Source: Botryllus schlosseri (Eukaryota). From it: a DNA stretch of 64,000 nt. The position numbers and the translations under genes were made by a program. Below the pieces are notes generated by a model, which was given only the letters and a program-made list of their open reading frames with translations, searched no databases and was not told where the DNA came from. This document shows, one piece after another, positions 25,983-41,159 of this stretch; positions within the stretch are counted from its first letter, which is position 1; each line of letters begins with the position of its first letter. Location: the NCBI GenBank assembly GCA_051294905.1, contig CM119371.1, forward strand, positions 310,001 to 374,000, read 5' to 3'.

Positions 25983-28500
25983 CAGACATGGGGTAATCGC
26001 GATTAGTAATCGTAATCGATTACGGCGATTACAGCATTTTCAAGTAATCGTAATCGCAATCGATTACATTCGAGAAAAATCGAAAGTAATCGTAATCGTA
26101 ATCGACTACTTCACAAATCTAATCGATTGCTTAGTGAAAGAACGATTACTTTGTATTTGTACAAACAATATGACATAGCCGAACATTCGTGAACAAGGAA
26201 GCGATATTATACCACGTTATTGATAGCGCAAACGGTTGATTTTCAAACGCCACTGCTCATTATTACGTCAGAAGTATTAGCTTTGCTCGTCCTTGCGTAA
26301 GAAGTATCTACGCGTAGTAAATATGTATTTTATGTACATTGTTGTGTGGTTGTTAGAACAGTGTAAGCCATGCTGTATATTAGGTTATCAATACACTTCA
26401 GACGCCACTACCGCGCAGCAAGATAATAACCACCACTCTGCCTATTATGTATTGATGTTTGGTTATGCTTAGTTAACTATAACTACGTAGGCAGTTATCT
26501 CTAGTTAAACGCAGTTTTACCGTGGCTGCTTGGCGAGCAGTAGGCCTATCTATGTAGTACACGTATGTATTGTACGTACACCGGACAAAGATTTGAAATT
26601 TTGTACTCGTCAAATAAAACATTACGATGGTTAAAATCAACAGCTGCTGATATATATCATAACCGAGCCGTTCTTTGCCGTTTCTCGTAACGGCAGCTTG
26701 CAGTATCTGTATTAAGTGGAAGGAAGAATTTTAAGTTTACTTTATCCTATTCTCATATGACTCTACTTGAAATGGGCGCCAATCGTTATTTCACAATTAT
26801 TCACTCGGCATTTACACCTGTCGCCATAGCTATCCGCTTATACACCATGTTACCGTGGGTTGTAGGTACAATCAGGACCAAAACAGCAATTCGTCCCCCA
26901 CTCCAATCGTTGGTATCGGTAGGGTTGTAACCAAGTCACAATGTTCCGAATCACAAGTCAATCTCCCTTTCATAGTTTTGACTCGAGTCAAGTCGAGTCA
27001 TTTTCAATTCACCCCCGAGTCAAGTCCGAATTCAAGTCAGCTAGTAGGGGGTCGAGTCCGAGTCATAGTGTTTGATTTGAGTACGAGACCAAGTCATTAT
27101 GTTCACAGAACAGTGTTCAGATCAATCCGGTTCAACCCACTTTTTTCAACTCTGCTCGAGTGATATAGAATGGTTCGTATTCATAATATAGTAATAACTG
27201 ATGGACGAAATACAAATAATGTGATAACTTTACTCTTCTTCGAAGTTACATGGAATGTTTGTCTTGGCCGTTCTAGTCTCAAGTCATATGACTTTGTTCG
27301 AGTCATGCAAAATACCTCGAGTACAAGTCGAGTCAATTTACGCATTTGAAAAAATGACTCGAGTCAAGTCTAGCCACAAAAAAATCGCGACTCGAGTTGG
27401 ACTCGAGTCATTACAACCCTGGGTATTGGGGCCCCAAAGGGTGGTCAGTTTTCAAGTCGATGACTGGATTTCGTCAATACTATTGGTAATTGCATTATAT
27501 TGCTATTCATAAAGATTTACTGGAAGAGCTGGGGACACGTAATTCATAATTATAGCATCTGGTATGTTGGTATAATTACTTTATTGTATGTTGTTAATTC
27601 GTGACCTATCGTCTTTTATATAATCAAAAGATACTGTAGTCGCCCAAACGTAGCAGAATAAAAGAAAAACTTTCGTGAGACGCACACACAAATTGCCATG
27701 TCTTCATTCCTTTGTGAGTGCCCTGGGTGGCAGTTGCATTGTTGGGGCTCAGATCGGAAGTACCGAACTATTCGTCACGCTGGCTACTGACAATGGACAC
27801 ATACCCAAAGTTTTGGCCAAGGTCATTCTTTGGTAGCACACTTTGTGGAGTTGCATGTCGGTCGAAATTGCATACGTCTTTTGGTGTGCTGTGGCGGGGC
27901 AATGACCGCCACCGAAATGCCTATTCCTATAAATTATGCATGCTTTTTTCTTGAGGGGGAGAGGTATGCATTTCAAAATCAAGCTATTTAGAGACAATAA
28001 ATCCAGAAGCTCGAAGAAAATTTTCAAGTCAATTAACTCTGTTGAAAATAATCTATAATAATTTATGTTTATTTACGAAATACTTTTGAGTCCCCTTAGA
28101 GCTCGCTCCTGGTCCTATTGGGGAGTTTGGGGTGTTGCAGTTACGGACCTGGCAAGAATGCCAATCGTTGGGTGCGACGAATAGTCATGTATAGAGTTGG
28201 GCAATGGGTGCATTATGACGTAACAAACAAATAACGTATGATTTACAAGGAAAGTTGTTATCTCATTAGACCTTTTCATCGCAAGCTATATATTGTATTC
28301 CAATATCTCTTCTGAAATTAGTTCTAAGAAGCAAAACAAATGTAACCGTGAGTAATCGTGATTACTTTTGAAATGTAATCGTAATCGTAATCGACTACTT
28401 CCTGATTTTGTTGTAATCGTAATCGTAATCGTAATCGCGGGATTCACAAGTAATCGTAATCGCAATTGATTACATTCATGAAGTAGTCACCCCATGTCTG
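25983..28500. mobile_element. Non-autonomous hAT-type element with (GTAATC)n arrays, containing a nested MITE
   Basis: TIR CAGACATGGGGT with TSD ctattgag/ttattgag. Confidence 0.88.
26920..27421. mobile_element. GACTC-family MITE nested in 25983-28500
   Basis: TAGGGTTGTAA...TTACAACCCTG with TSD ggtatcgg/ggtattgg. Reverse-complement similarity to 24192-24713. Confidence 0.88.
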
Positions 28501-30669
28501 TTATTGAGTAGAAACATCGTCGGTTTGGCGAGACCACGGCTGATATGTGGCAGTACAAAAAATGATTGAAACCACTATAAATTTATGTACCCGAATTCCA
28601 CAGCGATCTTAAAACATATGTAGCGTACTCCAATGGTTAGAAACACATTTTTAAGTCGATCCATTATAAAAATAATGAGAATCCGACAAATATTGTGACA
28701 TAAACAAATAGTAAAACTTTTACTGGTCAAATTGTTACATAATTTTTAAGCAATACGTGTGTTACCAGGAAAACGTTTCATCACAATTCTGTAAATTTTG
28801 TGACTACCGGTACTTCTTTTATCAAGTGACAAGCGTTCAATATCTTGCATTTTGCAATTAAGGTATAAAACTATAAAATATCTGTCGGATATGGCAGAAA
28901 AGTCGTCGCGGAACGGCAATTGAGAACCATCACAAAAGAACCAGGGACTGTAGATTTGTGAAAACTGCAAACCTAGATAGTTGACGATATACCAACTGGG
29001 CCTACTAGCTGCTGGCTTTTTCAGTACGGTAGTTCTAGTTCCAGTTTCGGGGTTTAAAAAGTGAGTAGTTCTAGGTGAGCAATTCAAAAATCCAGCTGAT
29101 TGTCAACCACCGATTCAGTGAGACATATGTTACAAACTAATTTCTACCTTCGCATTGCAGATCTGTCCATGCTCATAAAAAGGCTTGACTAAACCGTCTT
29201 CCGTAACATACAACGACAAATTTGAATAAACACCAGCCGCTCTTCGATAACAGCGGGAAATGTCTTGATGTCGCGTTTCTTTCTGCACTTGACTCCTGAA
29301 AGCGACCAAGCATTAAGACCAAGCATACACAGTATGCGCCTAAAATATAGTTTTACTGGCCTCTTATGAATGGTTGAATGTACCTATTTTTTCCAATGTC
29401 GCCAACTATACTACGAGAGTAGCCATAATCAGCAAATTTATCAATGAGAAAGACACGGCGCTAATTTTTGTTTAAATAACGTCGAATTGCATAAAATTTC
29501 GAGGCAGTTCCATGCTATCTGTGAGAAAGGGCATATTAATTGTAAGCCATATATACAGTAGACACCCATGTTGAGATAGCTGCCGAGATTAATGCCACTC
29601 AAGTAGAATATTGAAATATTTTCAGGAAAACTCAAGGTGGTAGAAAACATTGTTGCTACTCAAGAACAGTACCGTAATGGAATATTAGCTGGGAGAGTCC
29701 AGAGATAGTCCATAACATTGATTCAAATCAGTATAGTTGGCGAATTCTTCAATTGGTGGCAAAAATTTCAAATTAGACAGAAATGAGAGGAAGAATCCTA
29801 TATTATTGTTACACTTGACTGATTTCTATAGACAATGACCCCAACTCCAGCTACATTTAGGGCCAAACATCAAAAATCATCAGACCTAATCTCTTACTTA
29901 CATGACAGAATAGACCAATATTCATACCATAACAGAGTGAACAGTATTTCAACATCAAAATAGCTCAATTATAGACACAATTTCAAATCTGCCTTGAAAA
30001 AGCTTTTCAATTTCACAGTTGAATGATCAATGATCATTAAAAGCTTATTTTTCATCATGCTATAACTTGGAAACTATACTTATGGTATGGTATGTAGGCC
30101 AATTCAATCAAAATAAATTGAAACTAGATGGAGTCCAAATCTATTATCATGGCACAAGCAATCCGTTACGCTGGATTGATCACAACTCAAGGTTAAACTT
30201 GATCAGACTCGCAGCATTGTTTTACAATGATGTAGGCTACATATTGTCTATAGGATTGTGACAATGATTTGCGTACCAGTATTCAAATCTGAATCAAGTA
30301 TCATCAACTCTACTGATTCGAATCAAGTAGTGAAATATGATTTTTTGGACTAATGAAGGTTTACGCCCAGTTCCATCAAAAAATTAATAATTGCATAAAT
30401 TTTCTGAAACTTCGATTGGTCGTATCGCAACATACGAAATATTTTGTACAAAGCTATGAACGTTAGCGGAAATGACATTTCTGTGTAACTGTGATCAACT
30501 TACAACATTGTCACAAAGACAAATAAAATATTTTCGAAAAATACCAAATCATCATTATGTGGTGAAGAGGCGGCCTTATGTTACGTAGTTACATGAAAAG
30601 TAGGCTACATATTCAAGCTTCTTGGTCTCCCATATACTTATTTCGTCATCATGAGTGATTATCAAATAC

Positions 30670-31964
30670 TAGAGGTGGTCAGTAACGAAGTACTTCTACT
30701 TTTTCGAACTACTCAAGTAGTTTTCCTCTACTTCTGGTACTTACTCAAGTAGATCTGATTTTCGCTACTTCTACTTATACTTCGTAAAATTTTGTGATCT
30801 ACTTACTTACTTTTCGCTATTTTCAGTTTGTCAAGTAGAAGTAGTTTAATCCTTAAATGAGGAGGATAGCCTGAGGAATTTCGGGGCTGTTTTGGCGGAT
30901 TTATCAGCACTAATTTTCATAAAAGTTGATTAAAGCCCGGAATTGTCGTCGCGCTTCGCGCGCAGTGGTTACGAAGAGACCAGTATCATTTCATGAAGGT
31001 ATCGTTGAATATAATTTAGGTAGTGGGTTTTCGTGGTTCCGTTCAAACCACATTGTCGCCCGTCGCCCATATGAAATATTTCATCACAGTATATATGGCT
31101 CATCATAACGTTTGAAACTGATGTTTCGCAATCCAGCATTTACTAATCATTTCATAATCTAGCAGTCCATGGCGTGCCCTAATCTGGAAAAGTGGACTCG
31201 GACTTTGTTAGCTACAGAGCTGTTCTAGCATACCAACCTTCCAAACTTTCTGGACTGAAGACATGAAATGCATGTTCCGCTTTTAGAAGTGGTAATTATA
31301 TTCCACTTTCAATTCCCAGTATCATATACTTTGAGTTCTAATTAATATCAGTCATTTTGTCTCGATAACATACATGTTGAAGCGTAAAAGCAAGTGAAGT
31401 AATGCCTTGAATTTCCGGAAATAAAGCTATACAATATGGCATTTATACGATTCACCATATTTTTGATTAACATGTACGAATCACGCAATGTGTTTACACC
31501 GTATCCTATAAAACTCCGTATTGCTCTTCGACTAAACTACGGTCGGGCCTTATAATATGGGGGAGGGCGCCATACAATGATATTTTCTAAAATGTGCTGT
31601 TTGATTAAATAGAGGATTAGTATGGCATTTCCATTTCAATACTATCATTTCCGTCCCATGATGCAGACGAAAGCTTATGCTGTCGAAAATTGGATACCTC
31701 CTGGTATGCATCAATATGAATCAGGCTAGGCCCCTTTCGTATAGCTCAATTTGCACCTTTTGACATTCCATGTGAACGAATTACGATCATTTTCATAACT
31801 ACTTACTTACTTGAGTAGATTTAAAATCACTCAATTCTACTTCTACTTCAAGTAGTTTTGGGTGGCCTATTGAAGAAGTACTTCTACTCGTACTTGAGCA
31901 GATTTTTTCGTCGCTACTTCTACCTTTACTTGAGTACCCTTCTTGGCTACTTTGACCACCTCTG
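30670..31964. mobile_element. Non-autonomous hAT-type element with TACTT arrays (decayed relative at ~42849-45049)
   Basis: YAGAGGTGGTCA TIR and perfect TSD TCAAATAC. Confidence 0.9.
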
Positions 31965-32049
31965 TCAAATACTCGGCGTGAAGCCTAATACTTATTCAGA
32001 GAATCACTCAGGTACCGGTATTCGATTTTGCCCAGATGTTAGCCTAGTA

Positions 32050-33194
32050 CAGAGGTCTCAAACACGCGGCCCGCCAGAGCATTTTGTGCGGCCCGCGACG
32101 ACAATTTAGATTTTCCTCAGTTTTACAATATATAAGAGCCACATATATCTTTACAAGTTCTAAAGTGAAAATTCCCTCTTAAAATGCTCGGAAAGCCTGA
32201 AACTATTCATCAAACTTCACTATCTGCGACCATGCAGTAGAAGATTCACTATTTCGCCACATTTCCAATTCATGATGATAAACCCGGAACCTTCGACGAT
32301 AGTTGTTTACAGCACTATGTTTAGTTAGACGATTCGTGGGAGGCTGACTCGATGGCCATATGATAATGACCCGAGTAGACTCGGAGTGACTCGGAAGGCC
32401 GTGAATTAGTTGGAACCATGGACGCAACAAACTATTCGCGTGTCATGGGAATGGTAATATATCAGAAGGTCGCAGCTTGGTAATTCGCTAATTAAGCAAG
32501 TAGTTATGGCAACCATTGGCAATATGTAAGTTACATCTTGGGTCGCTAAACCATGTTATTAAGGCCACTTAAACGTACCGACTACCGCATAGTGGTACGC
32601 TATAACGATGTAACAACAATAAGTTGATCGGCGTTCCGTCATTTTTATAACTATGACGCATTCAATAATATGTTTATATAGGTATTTTTCTTCTCCAATA
32701 TTCGAAGGTATTTGACAATGAGCTTAATAACCCACTTATCAGAAGTATAACCGAATCTTGGATTGGGCTACGCTGCTAAATCCCAAATGCTGTGATATCA
32801 GATCAATCTCTATTTTCAATCTGTTGAATTCAAAATATTCATAGTAGCTGAAAAATTATAACGTGATAGCTTTTTTGATAACGTTATATATTTGTCCGCT
32901 CACATGGCGTCTATATCTTATAATTAATATATATCACACAATAACACTTCTATTCAAATAGTTATAAATGTAATGATTTTTTTCATGCCAGGCCTAAATT
33001 GATCCAAGAGTAAATCACATTTTTATGATGTGTGTTGAATGTCAGTCTGCTCGGCTCCCTTTCAATAGGACAATTTCATCCCGTCAAGTGAGGCCCATTT
33101 GGAAAGACATGGAATACCCCTATTGATGCTGCGGCCCGCGGCGTCTCAAAACTGAAAAATTGGCCCGCGAGCACATTTGAGTTTGAGACCTCTG
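32050..33194. mobile_element. Non-autonomous Buster/Charlie element
   Basis: 14-bp TIR CAGAGGTCTCAAAC, GCGGCCCGC subterminal motifs, perfect TSD GCCTAGTA. Confidence 0.92.
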
Positions 33195-34778
33195 GCCTAG
33201 TACATATCAGCAAATCTTTTTCCTGCATGATTTCGTCTCCAGCATCATCGTCCATCGGTAATTCCATTTCATGTAAGCAACACAGTAACCCACTAGGCTT
33301 TAGATTTTCATGTCATTTTAGGAGTGCATCTGGTATCTAGCACCGAGTGTGGAAATCATTATTTTTTCAATATTCAGACACTGAAACCATTTTGTGCTCA
33401 CTCAACGATGAAGTTCAATTAGTTTCACATTCCCTGTTACAGTAAAGGTCATAAAATAGCATTATGAAGTGGTGAAGAGCGGATTATGATGTCTAATAAC
33501 AGAATACAAGAAACTCTTGATACTGAAGGGAAAATTTTCATCAATCAAATGGGTCAAGGGTCAATATCAGTCTTAGTAGCCTAGCCCTTTCAAAATTGAT
33601 CATGTATGACATAAACTTGGAAATTTTTAGCGGAATTCTGTCTACACAACAATTAAGAAGTTACTTGTTATATGAAAGCTGGTTGAGGGGAGAAATATGA
33701 CTCACATGCTTTGCCTTATAATATTTAATTGGTAGGCTAATAGACCTAGTCTAAATCAACTCCGTACATAGATACTTCTGAATCCAAGCTGTAATTCAAT
33801 TTCAGATCAAACAAAAATATGATTGGGTATCAATAAAGTGTCAGATTTTGCATATACTTGGATCAAGACATTACAAAGTATTTCTGAGTTGACATGATTA
33901 AACAGCAATTTATTTTAACGGAATTACCTGTAGGCCAAAAGCGGTTATCAGGTTATCATATATAAAAACAAGCTTTTTCTGCTCATTTAACCGTAAAATG
34001 GAAGTTTTTTCAAGCTCATTTGAAATAATCTGTAAATGAGATACTCTGGCAATAAATAGTTGTTCTCATTGTTATGTTACATAATATGATTGTTTTTATC
34101 ATGCAAGAGTTGAGGTAATAAGTTTAGGTACACAGCCCCCAATTTCTCACTCTCATTTCTGTTTATATCATAGGCTTGCTTCAAAACTTGAGTGAAGGGT
34201 TTCATATGAATTCTGTTAAAACATAGAATATATATATATATATATGATGAGTTTGATACCAAAATACGTCTTACAGTAAGTGAGAAACTAGAGTATGGAG
34301 CATAATTTTCAGCAAAATCACCGCATTTTTATAATCTGAAATATTCCCTGTAGTCACAAGTTTTTCAGTAAATAGCCTATTACATAAAAACTCAATTCCC
34401 AAGCATTCACGGGAGGTATAATACGACACTGTTTACAAAAATTTTCAGGTAAACAGAAATGATAGTGAGAATTATGAAATACTTTTGTGCATGTGTGATT
34501 TTCATGGGCTTTACCTTCAGCTACAATCCAGTGTTGGGATGACTCGAGTCACGACTTGACTCGAGTCAGACTCGAGTCACCTTTTTCGTATGACTTGACT
34601 TGACTCGAGTCACTTTGCTAAAATGACTTGACTTGGACTTGACTCGGCGTATCAGAAATGTGGATTGACACGTGACTCGGAGCAAAATTCACGAGTCAAT
34701 TACAAGTCATCACGTAATCGGTGTCGACAAAAATCACCGTATCTTGCATATGTTCGGATTGTTCGCGAAACGCTAGTG

Positions 34779-36282
34779 CAGTGGTTCTTAACCTTTTTTC
34801 GTCCAGCGCCCCTTTCAAAAATTATCGTGCTCCAGCGCCCCCCTCAACTTCATATTGTAAGGAATGTAATAAAGACAACGAGTAAGAGGGACGGCCGTAA
34901 CAGCACTTCGTCAACCCCCCTAAAAACGATTGCCTTGCGCACCCATAGCGTGATAAACCGAACTTCTGAGGGCTTCGCCCCCACGAACCCCATATCGGGA
35001 TTTTGATGGTCAGCAAAGTTTCTGTGGCCTGGTCGCCCTAGGTACCAAAATTTGCTATAATGCATGGTAATTGCATATTTTCTATAATGCATGGTATTTA
35101 CATTTATAAGTCGCTATAAACTTTTTATCCTCTCAGCCCACGTAATCAGATTTACCAGTAGCACTGAGTGAGCTGATGTATAGGAAAATAAGGGGCACGT
35201 AATTAATAATTAAACATATTCGGGCGTTCCCGCAGGTACAATTATTCGTTACCAGGGCCGTAACAGCACTTCGTCAGCCCCCCTCCCCAAACCATTGGTC
35301 CTGGGCCCCCATCGGGTGATAAACCAAACCTCCGGGGGACTTCGCTCCCAGACCCCCATTAGGCTGTCCGCTATTTGCTGATAGCCTGTTAGCTATCTAT
35401 ATTGGGTGTCCATTCACTGAGGGAGCTATGCTCGCCTAGTCGCGCGAAGTGCGAAAAATTTCACTAATTAATGATTGAATTGGTCAATATCATCGGGAAT
35501 TGCATGTAAATTGAGATCAATTTTCATCCTCTCTCTGCTCACGTAAACACATTTACCGGTAGAGCTGAGTTAGGTGCAATGTTCCCTCTAAGCTGCGCAC
35601 GTGCGCAGTGCTGACACGGTCTCTGCGCACAGAAAATCTACGTTGCGCACAACAAATCCGGAGTTATTACCTTTTTTTAGTCGTTACGCACTGTTGTCCA
35701 AGGGTCAGCGCAGTGAGTTGTTGAGTGTGTGCAGACTCATCAAAACTTAAAGCGAACATTGTGAGGTTTCTTGGAAACTGTAGGGCCCGTTACCAATAAT
35801 TAAACATATTCGGGCGGGCGAACCCGTTGGTATGACCTCGTTGCCCCCTGTCTGCGATATCAAAAAATATAGAATCGCTCAACGGGGATATCGCCTAACA
35901 GGAATATCGCTGTCGCCCAATCGTACTAAACTAAAAGACGCACACGATTTCAGATTATTATTTCTTCACTGACATATAATTTTTCCCTGCCAGATGGAAT
36001 TCGTCTTCTGGGGTTCAGATTGCCAAGACAGGAACATTCGGTGTCATTCATTTAGGCACCCATGGACAATTAAACCTATATGTATTCTGAAGGCTATATG
36101 TAACGAAGTTTTCGGTGTTAATTTGCTCTGAATACTCATTAAGGATATGTCCTATCACCACATCATCTACTGCGAAGCCATTTTTCTCCAGCGCCCCCCA
36201 TATCGCCCCCTGAGCATTTCCGCCCCCTTCAACATCGCCAGCGCCCCCTGGGGGGCGCTGGGAGCAAGGTTAAGAACCACTG
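34779..36282. mobile_element. Buster-type element nested in 34529-36993
   Basis: 15-bp TIR CAGTGGTTCTTAACC, perfect TSD CGCTAGTG, internal direct repeats (~34873-35000 vs ~35257-35360). Confidence 0.92.
35577..35761. mobile_element. Small MITE (third nesting level); paralog at ~7555-7718
   Basis: CAATGTTC...GAACATTG ends and TGCGCAC repeats, alignable to the 7555-7718 copy. TSD unclear. Confidence 0.75.
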
Positions 36283-39200
36283 CGCTAGTGTAACGCGTGA
36301 GAGCGACTAACCAATCAATGATCGATCGTGCGTTTTACTGAGCCTCCATCGTTCTCTCACAAATAAATTGACCGCAAATGAAGTGCTAGAAGCTTACAGC
36401 TTACGTTGTCGTAAACTAGTATTAAATTAATTTAGTAGCAAAATGTCTATTTCTGTTCTCTGTTCTTACGTTACCCAAACCTCTTGTTTCATCGAAATTG
36501 AATTCGAATATAGTTTATACATAGTCCTCAACCATTGGCGCAGGCTCGAATTGTATCATATCAATTTGTAGAAGGGTAATGTATTGCATCTTATCAATTC
36601 GTCTCTCTATTCTCTATTTTGACTGGTAACTATAAACTGAGGCTATGCAATTACTTGTGTAGTTTAACAGTGCCTTCTTGCGTGTATTGAATTCTATATT
36701 CGTTCATCGGTTCGGAATCAATGACTACTCGATCTGTATTTCAGACAGCTCGCAAAATGCAATGACGTAATCATGCCTCACAATTCGAAAAAGCAACTTG
36801 ACTTGAATTGTGACTTGACTCGTGACTTGACTTGACTTGACTCGACTTGACTCGAGTCACCTCTAAAAATCGAGTGACTTGACTTGACTCGAGTCACTTT
36901 CGAAAATCGATTGACTTGACTTGACTCGAGTCAAAATGTGCAATGACTTGAAATGACTCGTGACTCGAAGGTAGTGACTTGATCCCAACACTGCTACAAT
37001 CATGGCTGGGCACCAAAGATCAATATTTTCTCACTGGCTTGCTGAATGTATCAATATATTCAACATTCTCAGGTCTAAGTAGCTCATTTAGACTGACGCA
37101 AGTTCAGATCTGCATAAAAACAGCACTTGGACTTTCACGATTAAATGAGCAGAAAGCTTGTTTTCATCATGCGATAACTTGAAAACTTCATTCAAAATGG
37201 ATAAGTGTAGCTATCTACTCAGCAATAGCCTTTCACAAGGTGATGAGTCAAATTTCAGCAAAATCTGCAACTTGATGGATATCGAACTTGTCTTTGGTTC
37301 ATCTGACATGGAATTACCTATATAGGACTACATCAGCCACAAAGAATCCAGTAAGCTGGTTTGATCATTGTTCATGGCTTAAGGTTGAAATTAATTGCGC
37401 TTCCAGCATCATTTTACATTCAGTAATTTTATTCTTGAGCGAGGCAGGAAAGAACTATCGATGCTTCATGGAAACTCAAAAATTATGTTCGATAGAAGCT
37501 GTAAGCCAATATGGAATTGGCGTCTCGTGCAGACTAAAGACTCTACTGAATACACACAGGTGTGAAGCAAGACGCTTTTGAGAACCGTCTCGGCACACCA
37601 AACATATCACGCTAAACGTATCAGGATTCCATTTTCGAGCATATTTATTGAATACATAAACACTTCTTCCTTGCCGAGGGCGATTTTCAGAGTCCGGGGT
37701 TACCGGTGTCGACTATCAAGCCATGACACCATTTCAAAAGATTTCACACCAAACCAAACCTTTCGTAATGTGTTCACACTGATGCAGCCAGAGGCCATCA
37801 CAATTTCGAGTTGGTAACCTCTATTCCTATCGATATACAATACTATACTATTGTATGTGAGCACAGTATAGAAGCGCGAAACGGTACGCCAATAAAGCGC
37901 AGGCCAACAATCAATCAGCATCAAGTAGCTATAGGTTATCGGTTTGCGCATTCGCCCATTCGGCATCGTGGAGATCCATCTATTCTTCCTAATTCAGGTG
38001 TATCACATCATTCTTTTTCGCTTTATCTAGTAATATAAGTGAGTCAGCCTGTACCCTGAAACATATTAGCTATATCTCCAACGTCCGATCGAATGAAAAC
38101 TGATATTAGAACACTCAATCAGCTGATTTCATTCCATGTTTTGACTCAGAGCCATTCATGCACGTGAGACATTAGCTCCACCACGCGGAAGAACGAAAGG
38201 CGTCAAATCGATAACATCATGCAGTTCGATATTGCATTTGGTTTTCTCATCTCTCCGAATTTTATTCTCTCGTACACATCGATATTATCGGATCAGTCAA
38301 TAAGCCCACATTTAAATAGGGTATGTATTATAAACATTCAAAAGAACTATACGGCCAGTAAGGTGAGGAGCCATCGATGCATGATGCCCTCGGAAATCGA
38401 GGAGACCGCTTGCCTAGTAACCCCTTTGTATATATCGTTTTGCACTTGCCCTATGCCAAGGGCGTGCAACTTCTCCGGTCGGTGAGCCGGATATGGGAAA
38501 ATTAAGCTCTTGGCGGGCCAGATTACAGAATATATACATTATCCCTTAATCGGGCCTACTTTCTCGCTCGGCGCCCAAAATACCGTATCTTACTCCACAT
38601 TGACAGGTGGTTAAGTAAAAAAATGGTTAACTTTCCGCATAGCTTCCGAAATACCCGCCGTAGCGTCACTTCGGTGCTGATTTACGGCATATCAGTTGCA
38701 TTTTGCTATAAATATGACCTAAATTCTCAAAAAAGATGACAAAATCTCAAAAAAGAGGACAAAAGGGCGTCCTCCGAGGACACTTTAAAGAGGACGTATG
38801 GTAACCCTACCTTAGTAAATACTGCACGAGAACATCAGTTATATTGGAACGCAGCCCTCTTCGTTAATGTTCGTGGCAGTGTTGGGATTAATTCACTGCC
38901 TTCGAATCGCAAGTCATCTCGAGTCATTGCACATTTTCACTCGAGTCAAGTCTATTCACTTGATTTTCATAGGTGACAAGGGTCGAGTCAAGTCACTCGA
39001 TTTTTGGAGGTGACCCGAGTCACGTCGAGTCAAGTAACTAGTCAAGTCAAGTTGAACTTTCAAAGTACTAGACATGATGATGATTCAAAGTCATTACTAG
39101 GCCGATATTTTTTGACACGTCAAAAAAGTCAAATTTTTTTTACTTAAAAAAAAAACCATTTTCACTCCATCCTACAACGCATGCCTATTAACATTCAAAC

Positions 39201-41159
39201 ATTTAACGACAAATGACGATACATATCCTCACATCTTCACCAAGTCTACCTACCTCTCATTCGAACTAAGTTCTGGCATATGAAACAATTGTTTGGTGTT
39301 TATCCTGATACAACCTTCTGTCAAATTGCACGCATTCGTGTAAAATACATTGTCTCTCCATATCCCGATAACCCAAAAAAATGCAAGGCTCAAACAACTG
39401 ATTAATATTTATTTCAAATCAATTCTCTACTTTTCATAACATGAAAACACAGCCCAATACAACATGAAATCACGGAAATTCGAGCCACTACTCTCCAAGT
39501 GTAAGATGAAGATACTTATCAGGAGTCATTAACAATATTGTTATGACTTGTGGATGATGTCAGTGTAATTGCAAATTAGTCACAATGGACAGTAAGAGTA
39601 TTTTATGGAATGTCAAGCAGCAAATCATAATATCTCAGTAAAAAGGGAATATTGAATCACATTTATAAGATTATCTGAAATTTCGATTGTTATGGATTGA
39701 CAATTTGCCTCTTTTTCAGTTAACTATGGTGCATTAAGTCACTGAGAATCAATTAATCACATACCAATAACAAACGAGCACATCAAGAGGGATGAGCCAA
39801 TTATATTATGCTTGAAGCGTTTAGAAACACCTAAGTAGCAGAAAACATGGTCATTAGTCATAGAAGCGAGAAAAATCGTTGGCTTGAAGTACTGCGACCG
39901 TCATTCTACAGAATGATATCAAGGTCATGAAATATCTTGATAATGGAAGTTTTAAACTCTGTACCTTTAAACACTCTACTGAAGTCAACTGTACTAAAGA
40001 TATAGAGAAAGATCACAAGATGATGATGAAACATGGAGAATCCTACATAATTGTCATTACAATGGATTTCATACACTAGCCTACGCTACATTTATTTTCA
40101 ACAAAATTTTAAATTCTACGTTTTTGGTTTTTTTTTTAAGTATTTAATTTCAATCATAATCCATCACACAAAACGTAAAGACACTACACAGTACACACTG
40201 CACAACTAAGATTATAACAATTTTTTCTTCATTTTTCAATATTTATGCTTTTTATGTAACATCTATTCTAATCAATCATTTTTAAGGTGTAAGACGATGG
40301 AATACATTTATTACATCCCGTTATTAGATTCTACCTTGCGAATCAATCAATATAATAACAAATAAATCAACAGAATGACGGTTTGATCTCTACTGTAGTA
40401 ACACCATCGGCACATTAAAATCACTGTGAAACCTTCATTCTCGGAAATATTTAGGATCGACGTGACGTTTACAGTATTACCATTGTTTTCGTCGAGTTGT
40501 GAAAATTTTTGCGACTGTTTTGGTTACTTAATTGTAAAATGCACAATATAAATGGTTTCGTGCAATTGCATCAATTGAACATGAAATAGTCAGTTTGACT
40601 TTTAAATTACACTCAGTTATTCTGCTGTCCACATATAAACGTAGTTGATGACGAATTGTTGGCTTTTGTACGATTAATTTTGTTGCATTCGTCGCCTTTT
40701 CCAAAACTCGCTGAAAAACAAGTACCTCTGAATAAATCAATATCCTAGTTCATCAATAACATCTGCAAACTATTCGGACTATGTGCCGGAGATGGACTTA
40801 TCTACGCGAGTACGTCATTACCTTGCACAAAATAGATTGGACTTTTTGTAGACGACCTGGTCTCTAGGCTCATAGTCAGATAGGTTTTAGGGATTTAATC
40901 TACAAGTAGATTGTGCATTTATATTCTCGCATTTCGATTCTCAGGTCTCTTGGGCACACAAGTCAATATAAGGTAACATATTCATCAAGCACTCCCATTT
41001 CATGATAATGAACCTGCGGGCAACACATCGTATCCCAGGGAGCGATATTGGCTGGGACGGTTTACTTGCTAGAGTACATTTTGACAGTTTACAATTCAAT
41101 GAGGAAAATTGCGGTGCAGTTAACAATGTCAAGTATTAATGACACTTAAAAAGTATCTC

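Larger units (their letters stand above)
34529..36993. mobile_element. hAT-type element with GACTT/GACTC arrays, containing nested elements
   Basis: TIR CAGTGTTGGGAT and perfect TSD CTACAATC. Partial inverted paralog at ~13800-14319 and another end at ~38877. Confidence 0.92.

Noticed and set aside
24063..27512. ORFs rich in TRV/ESS/VIVI (also 2943-3140, 14866-15108, 31858-32109)
   Set aside because: They are translations of MITE subterminal arrays (GACTC, GTAATC, GTAATT, TCGCCCC, TACTT), not genes.
34540..36980. CRISPR-like or satellite arrays
   Set aside because: The units are 5-6 bp with no unique spacers and are confined to the subterminal regions of TSD-bounded elements.
40528..40740. 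Next exon of the 45.7-48 kb host gene
   Set aside because: Candidate acceptors give a stop or a frame mismatch with the upstream phase-1 donor. Unresolved.
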